A stretch of 64,000 nucleotides of DNA, taken from positions 5,938 through 69,937 of the forward strand of contig JBDTNK010000001.1 of assembly GCA_039933775.1 (NCBI GenBank). The letters run 5' to 3'. The DNA comes from Chloroflexota bacterium. Lineage in GTDB: Bacteria; Chloroflexota; Limnocylindria; QHBO01. Both the position numbers and the translations under genes were made by a program. The first letter of the stretch is position 1. The number at the start of each line of letters is the position of its first letter. Positions 37,819 to 47,894 of the stretch are shown here, piece by piece. Under the pieces are notes generated by a model. That model saw only the letters and a list, made by a program, of their open reading frames with translations. It was not told the DNA's origin and did not search any database.

Positions 37819-40074
37819 TTGCTGCACGATCGCCGACGTTCGGCTCGCCTCACATCACTGGTCGCCGCCCTGGCGATTGTCATCGTCGTTGGCAGCCTGC
37901 CGTGGGGCAGCGGCCACGTCTCGGGTGTCGAGCCTGACATCCATCGGCTCGGTGGCGCCGATCGATACGCGACCGCGGCCTCGATCTCGAACTACCTCTT
38001 CCCATCCGGCGCTCGCGTCGCCTACGTTGCATCGGGCGAGGCCTTCCCCGATGCGCTCTCGGCCGCCTCAGCCGCCGGCCGCACGGCCCCGGTGCTCCTG
38101 ACCCGCAGTGGTGGGCTGCCCGCGCCGACTGTCACCGAGCTCCAGCGACTCCAGCCGCAGCTGATCGTGGTCGTCGGCGGTGGGGACGCCATCAGCGACG
38201 GGGTCGCGAAACAGCTGCGCACCCTGGCTCCGACAGGACGTGTCCTGCGGTACGCCGGCAAGGATCGGTTCGCGACCGCGGCTGCGGTCAGTGCGATTCT
38301 CTTTCCGGACGGCGCTCGGACCGTTTTCCTGGCGAATGGCAGTGCGTACCCGGATGCCGTCTCTGGCGCACCTGCCGCCGCGACGGACGCCGGAGCGCTC
38401 CTGCTCGTCACGCGTGACGGCATCCCGAGCGTGACGGCGACCGAGCTCGCCCGTCTGCATCCCAGCCGAATCGTGCTGCTCGGGGGTACCGGCGTCATCG
38501 GCGAAGGCGTGGCGAGGGCAGCCTCGGAGTACGCCGAGACCGTCCGCCAGTGGGGCGGGGCCGACCGCTTCGGAACCTCTGCCCTCATCGCCGCGCGGAG
38601 TGCGGAACGGGGGGGCATCGCGGTTGTCGCCAACGGCAGAAGCTTTTCCGACGGCGTGACAGGTGCCGCCGCCGCGGCTTACCTCGAGGCGCCGCTCCTC
38701 CTCACCGACTCGTTCGCTCTGCCCGCCGCGGTGGGAGACGAGCTCGAGCGCCTGCGCCCGGACCGCGTGATCATTATTGGCGGGACGGGGAGCGTCTCAG
38801 ACCAGGTACGCGACCAGATCGCCCAGAAGCTGCGTGATGCGGCGGCGAGCGCGCCGGCAAGCCCGAGCGAGGCGGCGTCGAGCGCGCCACCGACGGCGAT
38901 CGAGAGCCCGACTCCGACTTCCACGCCGGGCACGACATCAACGCCCGCGGCGACGGCAGTGGCCACCCCGGCACCGACCAAGCCTGCTACCCCGGCGCCG
39001 ACCGTCGCGCCGACGCCGCCACTGGCGCCCCCGCCACCGGCAGGCCCGATCCTGGGCTACGGCGCCGGCACGGTGGGCGGGGCCGGTGGGCGCGTGATCG
39101 AGGTTCGCTCGATCGGCGAGCTCCAGAATGCCCTTGCCGCCGACGGGCCGCGCCAGGTGCGCCTCGTGGGCTCGGGCACCTGGGACGCGAACGGCGCGGA
39201 GCTTTCCGTGACAAGGCCCTATGTCACCGTCGATGGGGCGGGCTCGAGCGTGGTGATCGTCGACGGCTGGATCGCGGTGCGCAGCAGCGAGGTGATCCTG
39301 CGGAACCTTCGTGTGCGCACCGGAGATGACAGCGTCAATGCATCGGACGCCGATGCGATCAGCATCAACGGCGGGACCGGAGGCATCTCGAACATCGTCG
39401 TCGACCACGTCGAGGCCATCCAGGCGCCCGATGTCGGGGGGATCACGATCCTCAACAGCGTAAGCAACGTGACCGTCCAGAACTCGATCGTAGGCGAGGG
39501 GCTCTACCGCAGCGCCCACCCGGAGTCCGGCGACGAGGACGGCCACAGCTACGCGATGAATATCTCCGGGCAGCTCGGTGGCGCCTGGCCACGCGCGGTC
39601 ACCATCGTGAACAACCTCATCACGACATCGGAATCTCGCAACCCCCGCGTGTGCGGCGCCGAGCAGGTCGACGTCGTCAACAACGTCATCTACAACTACC
39701 GAATCGGGCCCGCCTGCAATCCGCGGAGCCTGAACCTCGTCAACAACCTGCTCCGTAGCGGACCCGCCGCCGGTGCCGCAGGCCTGACGCCGAAGACCGA
39801 TATCTTCACGCCGCAGACCAGCAGTGACTATCCGACCCTCTTCTCAGGGACGGTCTACGTGTCGGGCAACGTCACCGACGGCCTGGTCGGGACCCTCTCG
39901 TCTTCGCCGCTCTTCGCCGGCTCGCTGCGCGGCGCGTTGTCGGTTGGGCCCGCGCCCGCGAGCACCCTGCTCGACGCCGTGCTGGCGAACGTCGGACCAC
40001 GCCCGATTGATGCGACGACACAACGAATCCTCGATAACGTCCGTAATCGGACCGGCACCTACGTCAACGGGTGA
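37819..40074 (+). CDS. Cell-wall-anchored polysaccharide lyase-fold protein (3x CWB2 repeats + PT linker + pectate-lyase-like right-handed beta-helix)
   Basis: The N-terminal signal/TM is followed by three GxDRYxTAAxxS...LxxGxxFPDALS repeats, which fit putative cell wall binding repeat 2. A P/T/A-rich linker follows. The C-terminal domain has VDHVE (WIDH-like) and NLITTSESRNPRV...VVNNV (RxPxxR + NN), as in PL1 pectate lyases. Confidence 0.6.
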   Translation: MLHDRRRSARLTSLVAALAIVIVVGSLPWGSGHVSGVEPDIHRLGGADRYATAASISNYLFPSGARVAYVASGEAFPDALSAASAAGRTAPVLLTRSGGLPAPTVTELQRLQPQLIVVVGGGDAISDGVAKQLRTLAPTGRVLRYAGKDRFATAAAVSAILFPDGARTVFLANGSAYPDAVSGAPAAATDAGALLLVTRDGIPSVTATELARLHPSRIVLLGGTGVIGEGVARAASEYAETVRQWGGADRFGTSALIAARSAERGGIAVVANGRSFSDGVTGAAAAAYLEAPLLLTDSFALPAAVGDELERLRPDRVIIIGGTGSVSDQVRDQIAQKLRDAAASAPASPSEAASSAPPTAIESPTPTSTPGTTSTPAATAVATPAPTKPATPAPTVAPTPPLAPPPPAGPILGYGAGTVGGAGGRVIEVRSIGELQNALAADGPRQVRLVGSGTWDANGAELSVTRPYVTVDGAGSSVVIVDGWIAVRSSEVILRNLRVRTGDDSVNASDADAISINGGTGGISNIVVDHVEAIQAPDVGGITILNSVSNVTVQNSIVGEGLYRSAHPESGDEDGHSYAMNISGQLGGAWPRAVTIVNNLITTSESRNPRVCGAEQVDVVNNVIYNYRIGPACNPRSLNLVNNLLRSGPAAGAAGLTPKTDIFTPQTSSDYPTLFSGTVYVSGNVTDGLVGTLSSSPLFAGSLRGALSVGPAPASTLLDAVLANVGPRPIDATTQRILDNVRNRTGTYVNG

Positions 40075-41005
40075 GCGCGCGCTCCTGCGGATATAGCTCC
40101 CGCTGGACCGATGAGCCAAGGCCGAGGATCCGTGCCTGCTGCCCGGGTGACAGCTCGGATCGCCAGCGCTCGTCGAGAGTGATCTCACTCCATGCACTCA
40201 GGCGACGCCTGTTGCCGATGAGGTGCTGCTCCGCGTCTGCCAAGAGCGGATCGGCGGCACGCGATCGATCGACGCCACAGAACGCGTACAGGTTGGACAT
40301 CGTGGCCTCGGTCTCGCTGCATAGCTGCTCGTACCACACCGTCATGTGATCCTCGGGCGGCAGGTCGTCTAGGTGACGCAGGATCGTGCGATTCGTCGCG
40401 GCCCAGTTCCTGGCGGCCGCGTCCGCGCCGCCCGCAGCCGAGCTGCCGTGGTGGAGCGCCGACGTCGCCACGCCGCGCACGTCGCGGACGAGATGAATGA
40501 CCTTCAGTGGCATCGGCAGAAAGCGGCGCAGGTGCCTGATGCGCATCCGCTCTTTCGACGCGTCCACGTACACCGATCCGCCGCTGACCGCCATCACCAC
40601 CGCGGCAAAGTCGGCGTTGCGGCGGCCCACCGCAGCCATCGTCGCACCGCGCTCGGTAAGCCGGTCGAGAATCAGGTCCCGCGCCGTCTCGAGCCGGTTC
40701 CAGCGCAGCGAGCCGGTGCGCATTCGCTCCCGGCGAGAGCCGGGCGCTTGGTCGAATCCAAGGCGGAAATGACCGAGCTCAAAGTCGGCGTGGCCACGTG
40801 CGACCATGCGCTCCCGCACCTCCATCCAGAACGGGCACTCGTTCAGGAGGCGGCCGCAGGAGCATCTGTACTCGTCGATCCGCGACTGGCGCCGCCCGCC
40901 AGACGCGGCGCTCACCGTCGCGATGTCGGGATGCGCGCCGAGCAGGTAGGAGAGGAGTGTCGAGCCGGAATAGGCGCTCGAGGCGAGGAAGATGTATGTC
41001 GACAT
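40064..41005 (-). CDS. Sulfotransferase-like protein
   Basis: Has the 5'-PSB-like motif IFLASSAYSGSTLLSYLLGAHP and the 3'-PB-like motif VIHLVRDVRGVATS. It lies between the two lyase-fold paralogs. Confidence 0.55.
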   Translation of the reverse strand: MSTYIFLASSAYSGSTLLSYLLGAHPDIATVSAASGGRRQSRIDEYRCSCGRLLNECPFWMEVRERMVARGHADFELGHFRLGFDQAPGSRRERMRTGSLRWNRLETARDLILDRLTERGATMAAVGRRNADFAAVVMAVSGGSVYVDASKERMRIRHLRRFLPMPLKVIHLVRDVRGVATSALHHGSSAAGGADAAARNWAATNRTILRHLDDLPPEDHMTVWYEQLCSETEATMSNLYAFCGVDRSRAADPLLADAEQHLIGNRRRLSAWSEITLDERWRSELSPGQQARILGLGSSVQRELYPQERALTR

Positions 41006-41142
41006 GGGATGGTGCATTCGGGGCCGCGACTATACCCGACCCCCGATTGGCGCTTCCCGCCGCCCGGGGTATCATGCGCCGGTGGCCCAGCCCGAGCGGG
41101 CAACTGAGGCCGCCGGAGTGTGTCCCCTCCAAAGCAAGGTCC

Positions 41143-42588
41143 TCGATCTCAATGCGTCTTCGCCCCGTCTCCAGCCCCCGTCGTTTCTCGCGCGTTACCT
41201 CGAGCCTCGCCGGGCCCCCACGCCTCGTCGTGCTCTCCGTCGCGCTGCTTGTCATCATCGGGGCAGTCGCTATCGGCTGGCCCAGGACGCCCGAGCCTCC
41301 CCGGCTTGCCGGTGCCGCAGCGGCGTCGCTCACATCGAGTCCGACGCCCCGGCCCTCGATACCTGGGACGCCCAGCCCGTCGGAGCGCGTCGTCGCACTG
41401 GCATCCAAGGATGTCGACCAGATCGAGCCCGGCATCGATGCCACGCAGACGCCAGCTCCGACCGCGGTGCCAGTGGCTCGCGCGACCGTGCCGTCGACTG
41501 CGGCACCCGCGGCCGTCGCGGTCCTCGGCTCAGGAGCGATCGTCGGGTACGGCGGAGCAACCGTCGGCGGCGATGGGGGTCGAGTCGTTGACGTCGGCTC
41601 CATCGACGAGCTCCGCGCGGCGATGTCGGACTCCGGACCGCGCATCGTCCGACTCGTGGGCTCCGGGGTCTGGGATGCAGGCGGCGCCGAACTCACCATT
41701 TCGAAGCCGAATATCACGATCGACGGAGCGGCCTGCTCCTGCCAGATCCGCAACGGCTGGATCAAGGTGGCGGCATCCCAGGTGATCCTCCGCAACCTTC
41801 GCGTCCGTACCGGCGATGAATCCGTTCAGGCGGCGGATGCCGATGCCATCAGCATCAACGGCGGAACCGAAGGCATTTCAAACATCGTGCTCGACCACGT
41901 CGAGGCAATCTGGGCACCGGACATCGGTGGGGTGGCGATTCTGAACCGGGTGACCGACGTCACGGTCCAGAACTCGATCATTGGCGAGGGCCTGTATCTG
42001 TCGCGCCACCCGGAGGGAATCGCCGCCGAGGATGGGCATTCCTACGGCTTCAACATCACGACGCTCGACGGCCGCAGCTTTGCCGAGCGGTTGACAGTTC
42101 ACCACAACCTGATCACGACCTCGAGTCAGCGCAATCCACAGATCATCGCGGCCGCGGCAGTCGACTTCGTGAACAACGTCATCTACGACGCAGGGCTCGA
42201 CTGGGCCTATGGAAATCCGCGCTCTGCGAACATCGTGAACAACATTTATCGCGCCGGGCCGCAGACGCAGACCAGCGACGAATGGCGCAGTCGCACGAAC
42301 GGGGACGTGACTGGCTTCTTCGCAGGCTCCGTGTACCTCTCCGGGAATGTCGCGGACGGCTTCACATTCACGCGCGACGTTGCGGATGGTGTGCTCACCG
42401 ACAGTGCGCCGGTGCCGCTCAGCATCGGACCGGAGTCCACGAAGGGGCTCCTCGAGCGTGTCCTCTCCGGAGTCGGGCCACGTCCCGCAGATGCGACCAC
42501 GCAACGCATCCTGAGCGACGTCTGGAACCTCGCGGGCGCGTTCAGGAACGGCGTTGGACAGCCCGGCCCGAATCCTGTGTGGCCGTGA
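41143..42588 (+). CDS. Membrane-anchored pectate-lyase-fold protein (paralog of 37819-40074 C-terminal domain)
   Basis: The N-terminal TM is LVVLSVALLVIIGAVAIGW, followed by a P/S/T-rich linker. The catalytic region is co-linear with the upstream paralog: ISINGGTEGISNIVLDHVEA, LITTSSQRNPQ and FVNNVIYD. Confidence 0.55.
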   Translation, partial: SISMRLRPVSSPRRFSRVTSSLAGPPRLVVLSVALLVIIGAVAIGWPRTPEPPRLAGAAAASLTSSPTPRPSIPGTPSPSERVVALASKDVDQIEPGIDATQTPAPTAVPVARATVPSTAAPAAVAVLGSGAIVGYGGATVGGDGGRVVDVGSIDELRAAMSDSGPRIVRLVGSGVWDAGGAELTISKPNITIDGAACSCQIRNGWIKVAASQVILRNLRVRTGDESVQAADADAISINGGTEGISNIVLDHVEAIWAPDIGGVAILNRVTDVTVQNSIIGEGLYLSRHPEGIAAEDGHSYGFNITTLDGRSFAERLTVHHNLITTSSQRNPQIIAAAAVDFVNNVIYDAGLDWAYGNPRSANIVNNIYRAGPQTQTSDEWRSRTNGDVTGFFAGSVYLSGNVADGFTFTRDVADGVLTDSAPVPLSIGPESTKGLLERVLSGVGPRPADATTQRILSDVWNLAGAFRNGVGQPGPNPVWP

Positions 42589-43582
42589 CGGCCATCCGGT
42601 GACATCCCAAGCCAGGCGCGCGCTCGTCACGGGTGGCGCGGGGTTCATCGGCAGCACACTCGTTGACCGGCTTCTCACAGACGCGTGGCAGGTCACCGCG
42701 GTCGACTCGTTCGACCCGTATTACGAACGCAGGCGCAAAGAGCTGAATCTCGGCGACGCCGTCACTTCGCCACGGTTTCGGCTCATCGAGGCAGATACCC
42801 GCGACGCCGACGCGTTGGCCGCCGCCTTCGACGAGGCGCGTCCCGAGGTCGTCTTCGACCTCGCGGCCAGAGCCGGCGTTCGCCCCTCGATCGCGGACCC
42901 GGGTGCGTACGTGGCGACGAACGTCGTTGGGCTGCAGCGCACCCTCGACAACGTCGCTCGCCATGCGGCGCGGCTCGTCTTCGCGTCGTCGAGCTCGATC
43001 TACGGCGTGGACGAGCGACGGCCGTTCCGCGAGGACCAGGCACGTGGACGGCCGATCTCGCCGTACGGCGCGACGAAGGTGGCAGGGGAGGCGCTATGCC
43101 ATGCCCACCACGCCATCACCGGGCTTCCCGTCGGTGTTGCCCGCCTCTTCACCGTCTACGGGCCCAGGCAGCGGCCCGATCTTGCCATTCACTCCTTCGC
43201 TTGGCGAATGCTGAAGGGAGAGCCGATCGAGCTCTTCGACGAGGGGCGTCCGTTGCGCGACTACACCTACGTCGACGACCTCGTGGACGCGCTCGTGCGA
43301 CTCGCTGGGATCGACGACCCCTGGCTCGTCGTGAACCTCGGCAGCGACCGTCCCATCGCCGTGACGGAGATGGTCGGCGAAATCGAGCGCGCGCTCGGCG
43401 CGATCGCCGAACGGCGCCTGGTGCCACCCCAACCCGGCGATGTGCCGGGGACGCACGCCGACATCACACGCGCAGCGGAGCGCCTCGGCTGGCGGCCCAC
43501 GACGCCGTTTCCGGTTGGGATCGACCGATTCTGTGCCTGGTTGCGGCTCGAGATGGACGAGCTCGCCCTCAGTCGGACCTGA
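42554..43582 (+). CDS. NAD-dependent epimerase/dehydratase (extended SDR; UDP-glucuronate 4-epimerase/decarboxylase-like)
   Basis: The Rossmann motif is ALVTGGAGFIGSTLV and the catalytic motif is YGATK. A GTG at 42599 is a likely alternative start, just after the upstream stop. Confidence 0.75.
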   Translation: MDSPARILCGRDGHPVTSQARRALVTGGAGFIGSTLVDRLLTDAWQVTAVDSFDPYYERRRKELNLGDAVTSPRFRLIEADTRDADALAAAFDEARPEVVFDLAARAGVRPSIADPGAYVATNVVGLQRTLDNVARHAARLVFASSSSIYGVDERRPFREDQARGRPISPYGATKVAGEALCHAHHAITGLPVGVARLFTVYGPRQRPDLAIHSFAWRMLKGEPIELFDEGRPLRDYTYVDDLVDALVRLAGIDDPWLVVNLGSDRPIAVTEMVGEIERALGAIAERRLVPPQPGDVPGTHADITRAAERLGWRPTTPFPVGIDRFCAWLRLEMDELALSRT

Positions 43583-44918
43583 TCGCCTCCACGCGTCGCT
43601 GCCCATCGCGGCGCCCGATCGACAGCATCGTCAGCCCAGCCGCCTCCACGCGATCCGCGTCGAGCGCATCCCGCGCATCCAGCAGAACGCGGCCGCGCAT
43701 CACGTCCGCGATCGGTCCCAGGTCCGCGGTGACATACTCGGCCCAGTCGGTGGCCAATACCACGGCATCCGCGCCGGTCGCGGTGCGGATCGGGTTGTCC
43801 GCGATTTCGATCCAGGGCTCGCGGCTCGCGACGATCGATGCCGCCTGCGGATCGCACGCCACGACCGTCGCCCCGCGCTCGCGCAACACCTCGGCCAGGA
43901 GCAGCGCGGGAGAATCACGGATATCGTCGGTTCCCGCCTTGAACGCCAGGCCAAGCAGCCCGACCCGCGCGCCCTGGAGGCCGTCGGGGATGGCTCGATC
44001 GAGGCGGTGCGCGACGCGGATCGGCTGCGTCGCGTTCACTGCGTCAACCGCGCGCGCGAGCGTCATCTCGACGCCGCGTGCTTTACCCATCGCGATCATC
44101 GAACGAACGTCCTTGGGCAGGCAGGATCCGCCGTAGCCGATCCCGGGCTTGAAGTAGTCCGAACCGATGCGAGGATCGGCGGCGACCGCATCGAGGACCG
44201 AGTCGATCGCCGCACCGGTCGCTTCGCAGAGCGCGGCGAGCTCGTTGACGAAGCTGATCCGCGCCGCGAGGTAGGTGTTCGAGGCGTTCTTGACCAGCTC
44301 GGCACTCTCGGCGTCGAGCACGAAGATGGGTGCGCCGAGGGGCCGATACAGCGTCTCCAGCGTATCGACGTCGGCATCGGTGGCCGTCTCCGTGCGCCCG
44401 AGCACCACGCGGCTCGGGTGCAGGAAGTCGTCGAGCGCGCGACCGGTGCGCAGGAACTCGGGGTTGGCAACGACCGCGACACCCTGGGGACCGCCGCGCT
44501 CACGAAGGAGGCCGTTCAGCATGGCCTCCACGCGCCGCGTCGTGCCCACCGGCACCGTGCTGCGCAGCGCGACCACTGTCCGCGAGCCGAGATGGCGAGC
44601 GAGCGACTCGATGACGCTCTCGACCGCGGTCAGGTCAGCCTCGCCGGTGGCGCTCGATGGCGTCCCCACGCAGACGAGCACGACGTCGGGCTCGCGCAGC
44701 GCGTCCGCCGGATCCGACGTGAAGCGCAGCCCGCCGTTGCCCTGCAGCGCGGTGAGCTCCCCCTGGAGATGGGGTTCGTAGTACGGCGCCTCCCCGCGTT
44801 CGAGCGAGGCGACCTTGTCCACGTCGGACTCGAGGCCGGAGACGCGCTGCCCAAGCCGGGCCAGGCAAGTGGCGGTTACGAGCCCGACGTAGCCCAGGCC
44901 GACCACGGTGATGTGCAC
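43569..44918 (-). CDS. ugd: UDP-glucose 6-dehydrogenase
   Basis: The N-terminus is (V)HITVVGLGYVGLVTATCL, the catalytic region is GYGGSCLPKD, and the C-terminal region has GLAFKAGTDDIRDSP. The start is a GTG. Confidence 0.85.
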   Translation of the reverse strand: MHITVVGLGYVGLVTATCLARLGQRVSGLESDVDKVASLERGEAPYYEPHLQGELTALQGNGGLRFTSDPADALREPDVVLVCVGTPSSATGEADLTAVESVIESLARHLGSRTVVALRSTVPVGTTRRVEAMLNGLLRERGGPQGVAVVANPEFLRTGRALDDFLHPSRVVLGRTETATDADVDTLETLYRPLGAPIFVLDAESAELVKNASNTYLAARISFVNELAALCEATGAAIDSVLDAVAADPRIGSDYFKPGIGYGGSCLPKDVRSMIAMGKARGVEMTLARAVDAVNATQPIRVAHRLDRAIPDGLQGARVGLLGLAFKAGTDDIRDSPALLLAEVLRERGATVVACDPQAASIVASREPWIEIADNPIRTATGADAVVLATDWAEYVTADLGPIADVMRGRVLLDARDALDADRVEAAGLTMLSIGRRDGQRRVEAIRSD

Positions 44919-44923
44919 GAAAA

Positions 44924-46300
44924 TTGATCCTCTCTGAGGCGGCCGATGTTCTCTCTACCCCCGGGAGCGACGGGCACCCGCTTCGGCCGGCAATCTGGCT
45001 TGGGATCATAACCGGCGGAGTATCATCACCGCTCGCGACTGGCCGATCCGCGTCGCACGATTGGCTCGCATCTGCCACGAGGTCCGAGATCAGCCGCCTC
45101 CCCGAACCCGACGACCTTCGAACCAGCGACGCCGACGACCTTGAAGAGATCGGGATCCGTGGAGATCTCGATCCTGAGCCGTTCGCGCGGATTGCCGCGC
45201 GCCGCCGCCAGGCGGTTGCCGGTGCGGAGCCACGCGGCACGACGCGGTGGCAGATCGTCCGACGCGTCGTCATCGGCCTGCTGGCCCTCTGGGTCTTCCT
45301 GGTGGCGCTCGCGCTCATGCGTGACGGCGCTCGTGGATTGGCGCCGGCGCTCGGCGCGGCCGTGTCGTCGATCCCCAACGCCGTTGGCTTCGGCTGGCTC
45401 GGCGCCCTCCTCGTCCTCTCTGGGTCACCAGTCGCGGCGACCTCGCTCGCGCTGCTTGACGCGGGGGCGGTGTCCGTCGACGAGAGCTACGGGATGATCG
45501 TGGGCTCGCGGCTTGGCGCGGCGTTCGTCGTGCTCGTCATCGGCGCCCTCTACGCACTTCGGGGTCGGTCCGTCGGGCGCCGCGCGCCTATCTCCATAGG
45601 CGTCCTCGCATTGACGATGACCGCGGTGGTCTACATCCCGGGCGGGTTCATCGGGCTTGCCCTGCTGCGATCGGGGTGGCTCTCAGGGCTGACGCTGACG
45701 CCACCCCCGATCTTCTACGACGGCACGCGCGCCCTCACCGAGCCGCCCGTCGCCCTACTCGAGCGGGTGCTCGATCCAACGCAGATGCTCCCCGCCGCGT
45801 TCCTCTTCGTCATCGGCGTCGGACTCCTGCTGCTCGCCTTCCGCCTCGTCGACGAGCTCCTCCCGTCGCTCGAGCGGGCCGGGGTGAGCGAACGAGCGCG
45901 CTGGTACGTCGGGCCGTGGACGATGTTCGCCATCGGGCTGGTGGCGGCGTTGGCGACGCTATCGGTGGCCGTCGCCCTGAGCATTCTTGTGCCGGCGGTG
46001 GCGAAAGGCTACCTGCGCCGCGAGCAGACGCTGCCGTACATCATCGGCGCGAACATCACGACATTGGTGGACACGCTCCTCGTCGGCGTGCTGACTGGGA
46101 ACGACGATGCGCCGCGCGTGGTGCTTGCGGTCGGCATCGGAGTGACGCTGGTGAGCGTGGTGCTGCTGGCGGTGGCGTATCGCCCGCTGCGTCGCGCGAC
46201 GTTCGCCCTCCAATCGGCGGTGCTCACGAGCCCGGCACGCCTGGGGGCCTTCGTCGCGTTGCTCTTCCTGTTGCCGATCGCGCTGCTCGTTGTCCGCTGA
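44924..46300 (+). CDS. Polytopic membrane protein, Na+/phosphate-cotransporter-family-like (start uncertain)
   Basis: There are multiple TM helices and a IIGANITTLVDTLLVG motif like the GANIGTT motif of Na/Pi cotransporter-family proteins. The first 60 or so codons of the track ORF have poor GC3 and abut the ugd start, so the true start is probably near 45150-45310. Confidence 0.4.
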   Translation: MILSEAADVLSTPGSDGHPLRPAIWLGIITGGVSSPLATGRSASHDWLASATRSEISRLPEPDDLRTSDADDLEEIGIRGDLDPEPFARIAARRRQAVAGAEPRGTTRWQIVRRVVIGLLALWVFLVALALMRDGARGLAPALGAAVSSIPNAVGFGWLGALLVLSGSPVAATSLALLDAGAVSVDESYGMIVGSRLGAAFVVLVIGALYALRGRSVGRRAPISIGVLALTMTAVVYIPGGFIGLALLRSGWLSGLTLTPPPIFYDGTRALTEPPVALLERVLDPTQMLPAAFLFVIGVGLLLLAFRLVDELLPSLERAGVSERARWYVGPWTMFAIGLVAALATLSVAVALSILVPAVAKGYLRREQTLPYIIGANITTLVDTLLVGVLTGNDDAPRVVLAVGIGVTLVSVVLLAVAYRPLRRATFALQSAVLTSPARLGAFVALLFLLPIALLVVR

Positions 46301-46322
46301 GCCGGTGCTGGCGGCCGGCCCT

Positions 46323-47246
46323 CTAGCTCAGTCGGGCGCCGGGCTGCAGCCTCGGGTCATCGGTCAGCGGACTCCCTGCCAATCGCAGCTCGCGCAGCAC
46401 GATCCGGCCGCCGGGTGCGGCGACAACCGGGCTGCCGGCCTCGATCCCGATGATCTCGCCGGGCCGGCCACGGTGCGGGAGTCGGTCCCAGGCCACGGCG
46501 GCCACCTCGATGCGACGGCCCTCGGACGCGATCTCAGGGTACTGGAAGGGCGGGAAGATGAAGGCGCGCATGCGATCCGCGATGCGCCTGCAATCGTCGT
46601 CCCAGCGGACGAGACGCTCTGAGAAGTCCAGCGCCCAGCGGTTGTAGTACAGCGCCGCCGTGTCGTCCTGGGGCGTTCCCGGCACGGTCTCCAGGAGCCG
46701 AATCTCGGGCCAGGCGGCAGCAAAGAGCGTGATCCCGGTTTCAACGCAGCGGTCGTAGACGACCCGTCCGGTGTCGTCCGGGCCGATCGTCACCGACGAG
46801 GAACGCACCAGCGGTCCGCTGTCGACTCCCGGATCGATATGGTGGAGTGTGACGCCGGTTGCCGTCTCGCCGTTCATGATCGCCCAGGCGATGGGCGCCA
46901 CGCCACGGTAGCGGGGCAGCGGTCCGTAGTGCAGGTTGAGGGCTGCGACGCTCGCCGTGGCAATGAGCGGTGCACGAAGAATTGGACCCGCCTGGAAGGA
47001 AAGCAGGAATTCGGGCCGCAGCGCCGCGACGTCGGCCACGGCGGACGGATCATTGACATTCACCGGATCGAGCACCCGGTGCCCGCCGCGCCGGGCTGCG
47101 GCGCGAAGCGACGGCTGCCAACCATCTGCTCCGTCGTCGTGCGCGTCGACGATGACGCCGACGATCTCATCGCCGGCCTTCATCACGATCTCGAGTGCGG
47201 CGACGGCGAGGCCGGTGCGTCCGATGATCACGACCCGGCGCTTCAT
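46323..47246 (-). CDS. N10-formyl-THF-dependent formyltransferase (Fmt/ArnA-N/sugar N-formyltransferase family)
   Basis: The catalytic-core motif is ALNLHYGPLPRYRGVAPIAWAIMNGETATGVTLHHID (HxSLLPxxRG...G.T.H). The N-terminus has a Rossmann-like motif RVVIIGRTG. Confidence 0.75.
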   Translation of the reverse strand: MKRRVVIIGRTGLAVAALEIVMKAGDEIVGVIVDAHDDGADGWQPSLRAAARRGGHRVLDPVNVNDPSAVADVAALRPEFLLSFQAGPILRAPLIATASVAALNLHYGPLPRYRGVAPIAWAIMNGETATGVTLHHIDPGVDSGPLVRSSSVTIGPDDTGRVVYDRCVETGITLFAAAWPEIRLLETVPGTPQDDTAALYYNRWALDFSERLVRWDDDCRRIADRMRAFIFPPFQYPEIASEGRRIEVAAVAWDRLPHRGRPGEIIGIEAGSPVVAAPGGRIVLRELRLAGSPLTDDPRLQPGARLS

Positions 47247-47803
47247 CGCCGCACCTCGTCGGGCAGGCGTCGATCGGTCCCCTCCGCGCGCCGCCGCCGC
47301 GGCGGCACGAACCCCTCGCTGAGGATCACTTCACCGGCTTCCGGGCGCTGATCACCGAGCGTGTGGCTCGCTGCCAGCTTCATTCGTTCGAGTCGGACGT
47401 TGCGGATCCGCCGCGCGAACCACGACCGCCCGAGCCGCGACCACGCGATCGCGCCCGCCAGACCGCTCACCGAATCGATGACGACGTCCATCAGCATCGG
47501 AGTCCTCCCTGGAACGAATGACTGGTGCAGCTCGTCGACGATCGCATAGAGCGCGACGAAGACGACCGCCCACCAGGTCCGCCGACTCAGCCGGGAGCGG
47601 TCCATGGCGTGCGCCGTGAGCACGCCCAGGATCGAGAACACGACGACGTGTCCCACCTTCGCCAACCCGAAGCGCCAGCGTCCCAGGCCCTCACCAAGGT
47701 CCGGCTGGCTCGACAGGATGAAGATGACGGTCATCCAGGCAACGACCGCCGTCCACGCAACGATGGGAGAGACGCCGGGGCGACGGCGTGCAAGCTGGGG
47801 CAT
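47243..47803 (-). CDS. VanZ-like family membrane protein
   Basis: TM helices plus the VanZ motif IVDELHQSFVPGRTP. It overlaps the formyltransferase start by 4 nt. The start was chosen at MPQLARR. Confidence 0.5.
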   Translation of the reverse strand: MPQLARRRPGVSPIVAWTAVVAWMTVIFILSSQPDLGEGLGRWRFGLAKVGHVVVFSILGVLTAHAMDRSRLSRRTWWAVVFVALYAIVDELHQSFVPGRTPMLMDVVIDSVSGLAGAIAWSRLGRSWFARRIRNVRLERMKLAASHTLGDQRPEAGEVILSEGFVPPRRRRAEGTDRRLPDEVRR

Positions 47804-47894
47804 CTGCGAAGAGAATAGCGGTACGACGCGCGCTCGGCCGAAGGCAGCCGAGCGTAGCGACTGTCGCAAGCAGCGTCGCCGCTCGGGAGGAACG

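Noticed and set aside
43440-44927. 495-aa plus-strand ORF antisense to ugd
   Set aside because: ugd on the minus strand is unambiguous (GYGGSCLPKD). The plus frame is an artefact.
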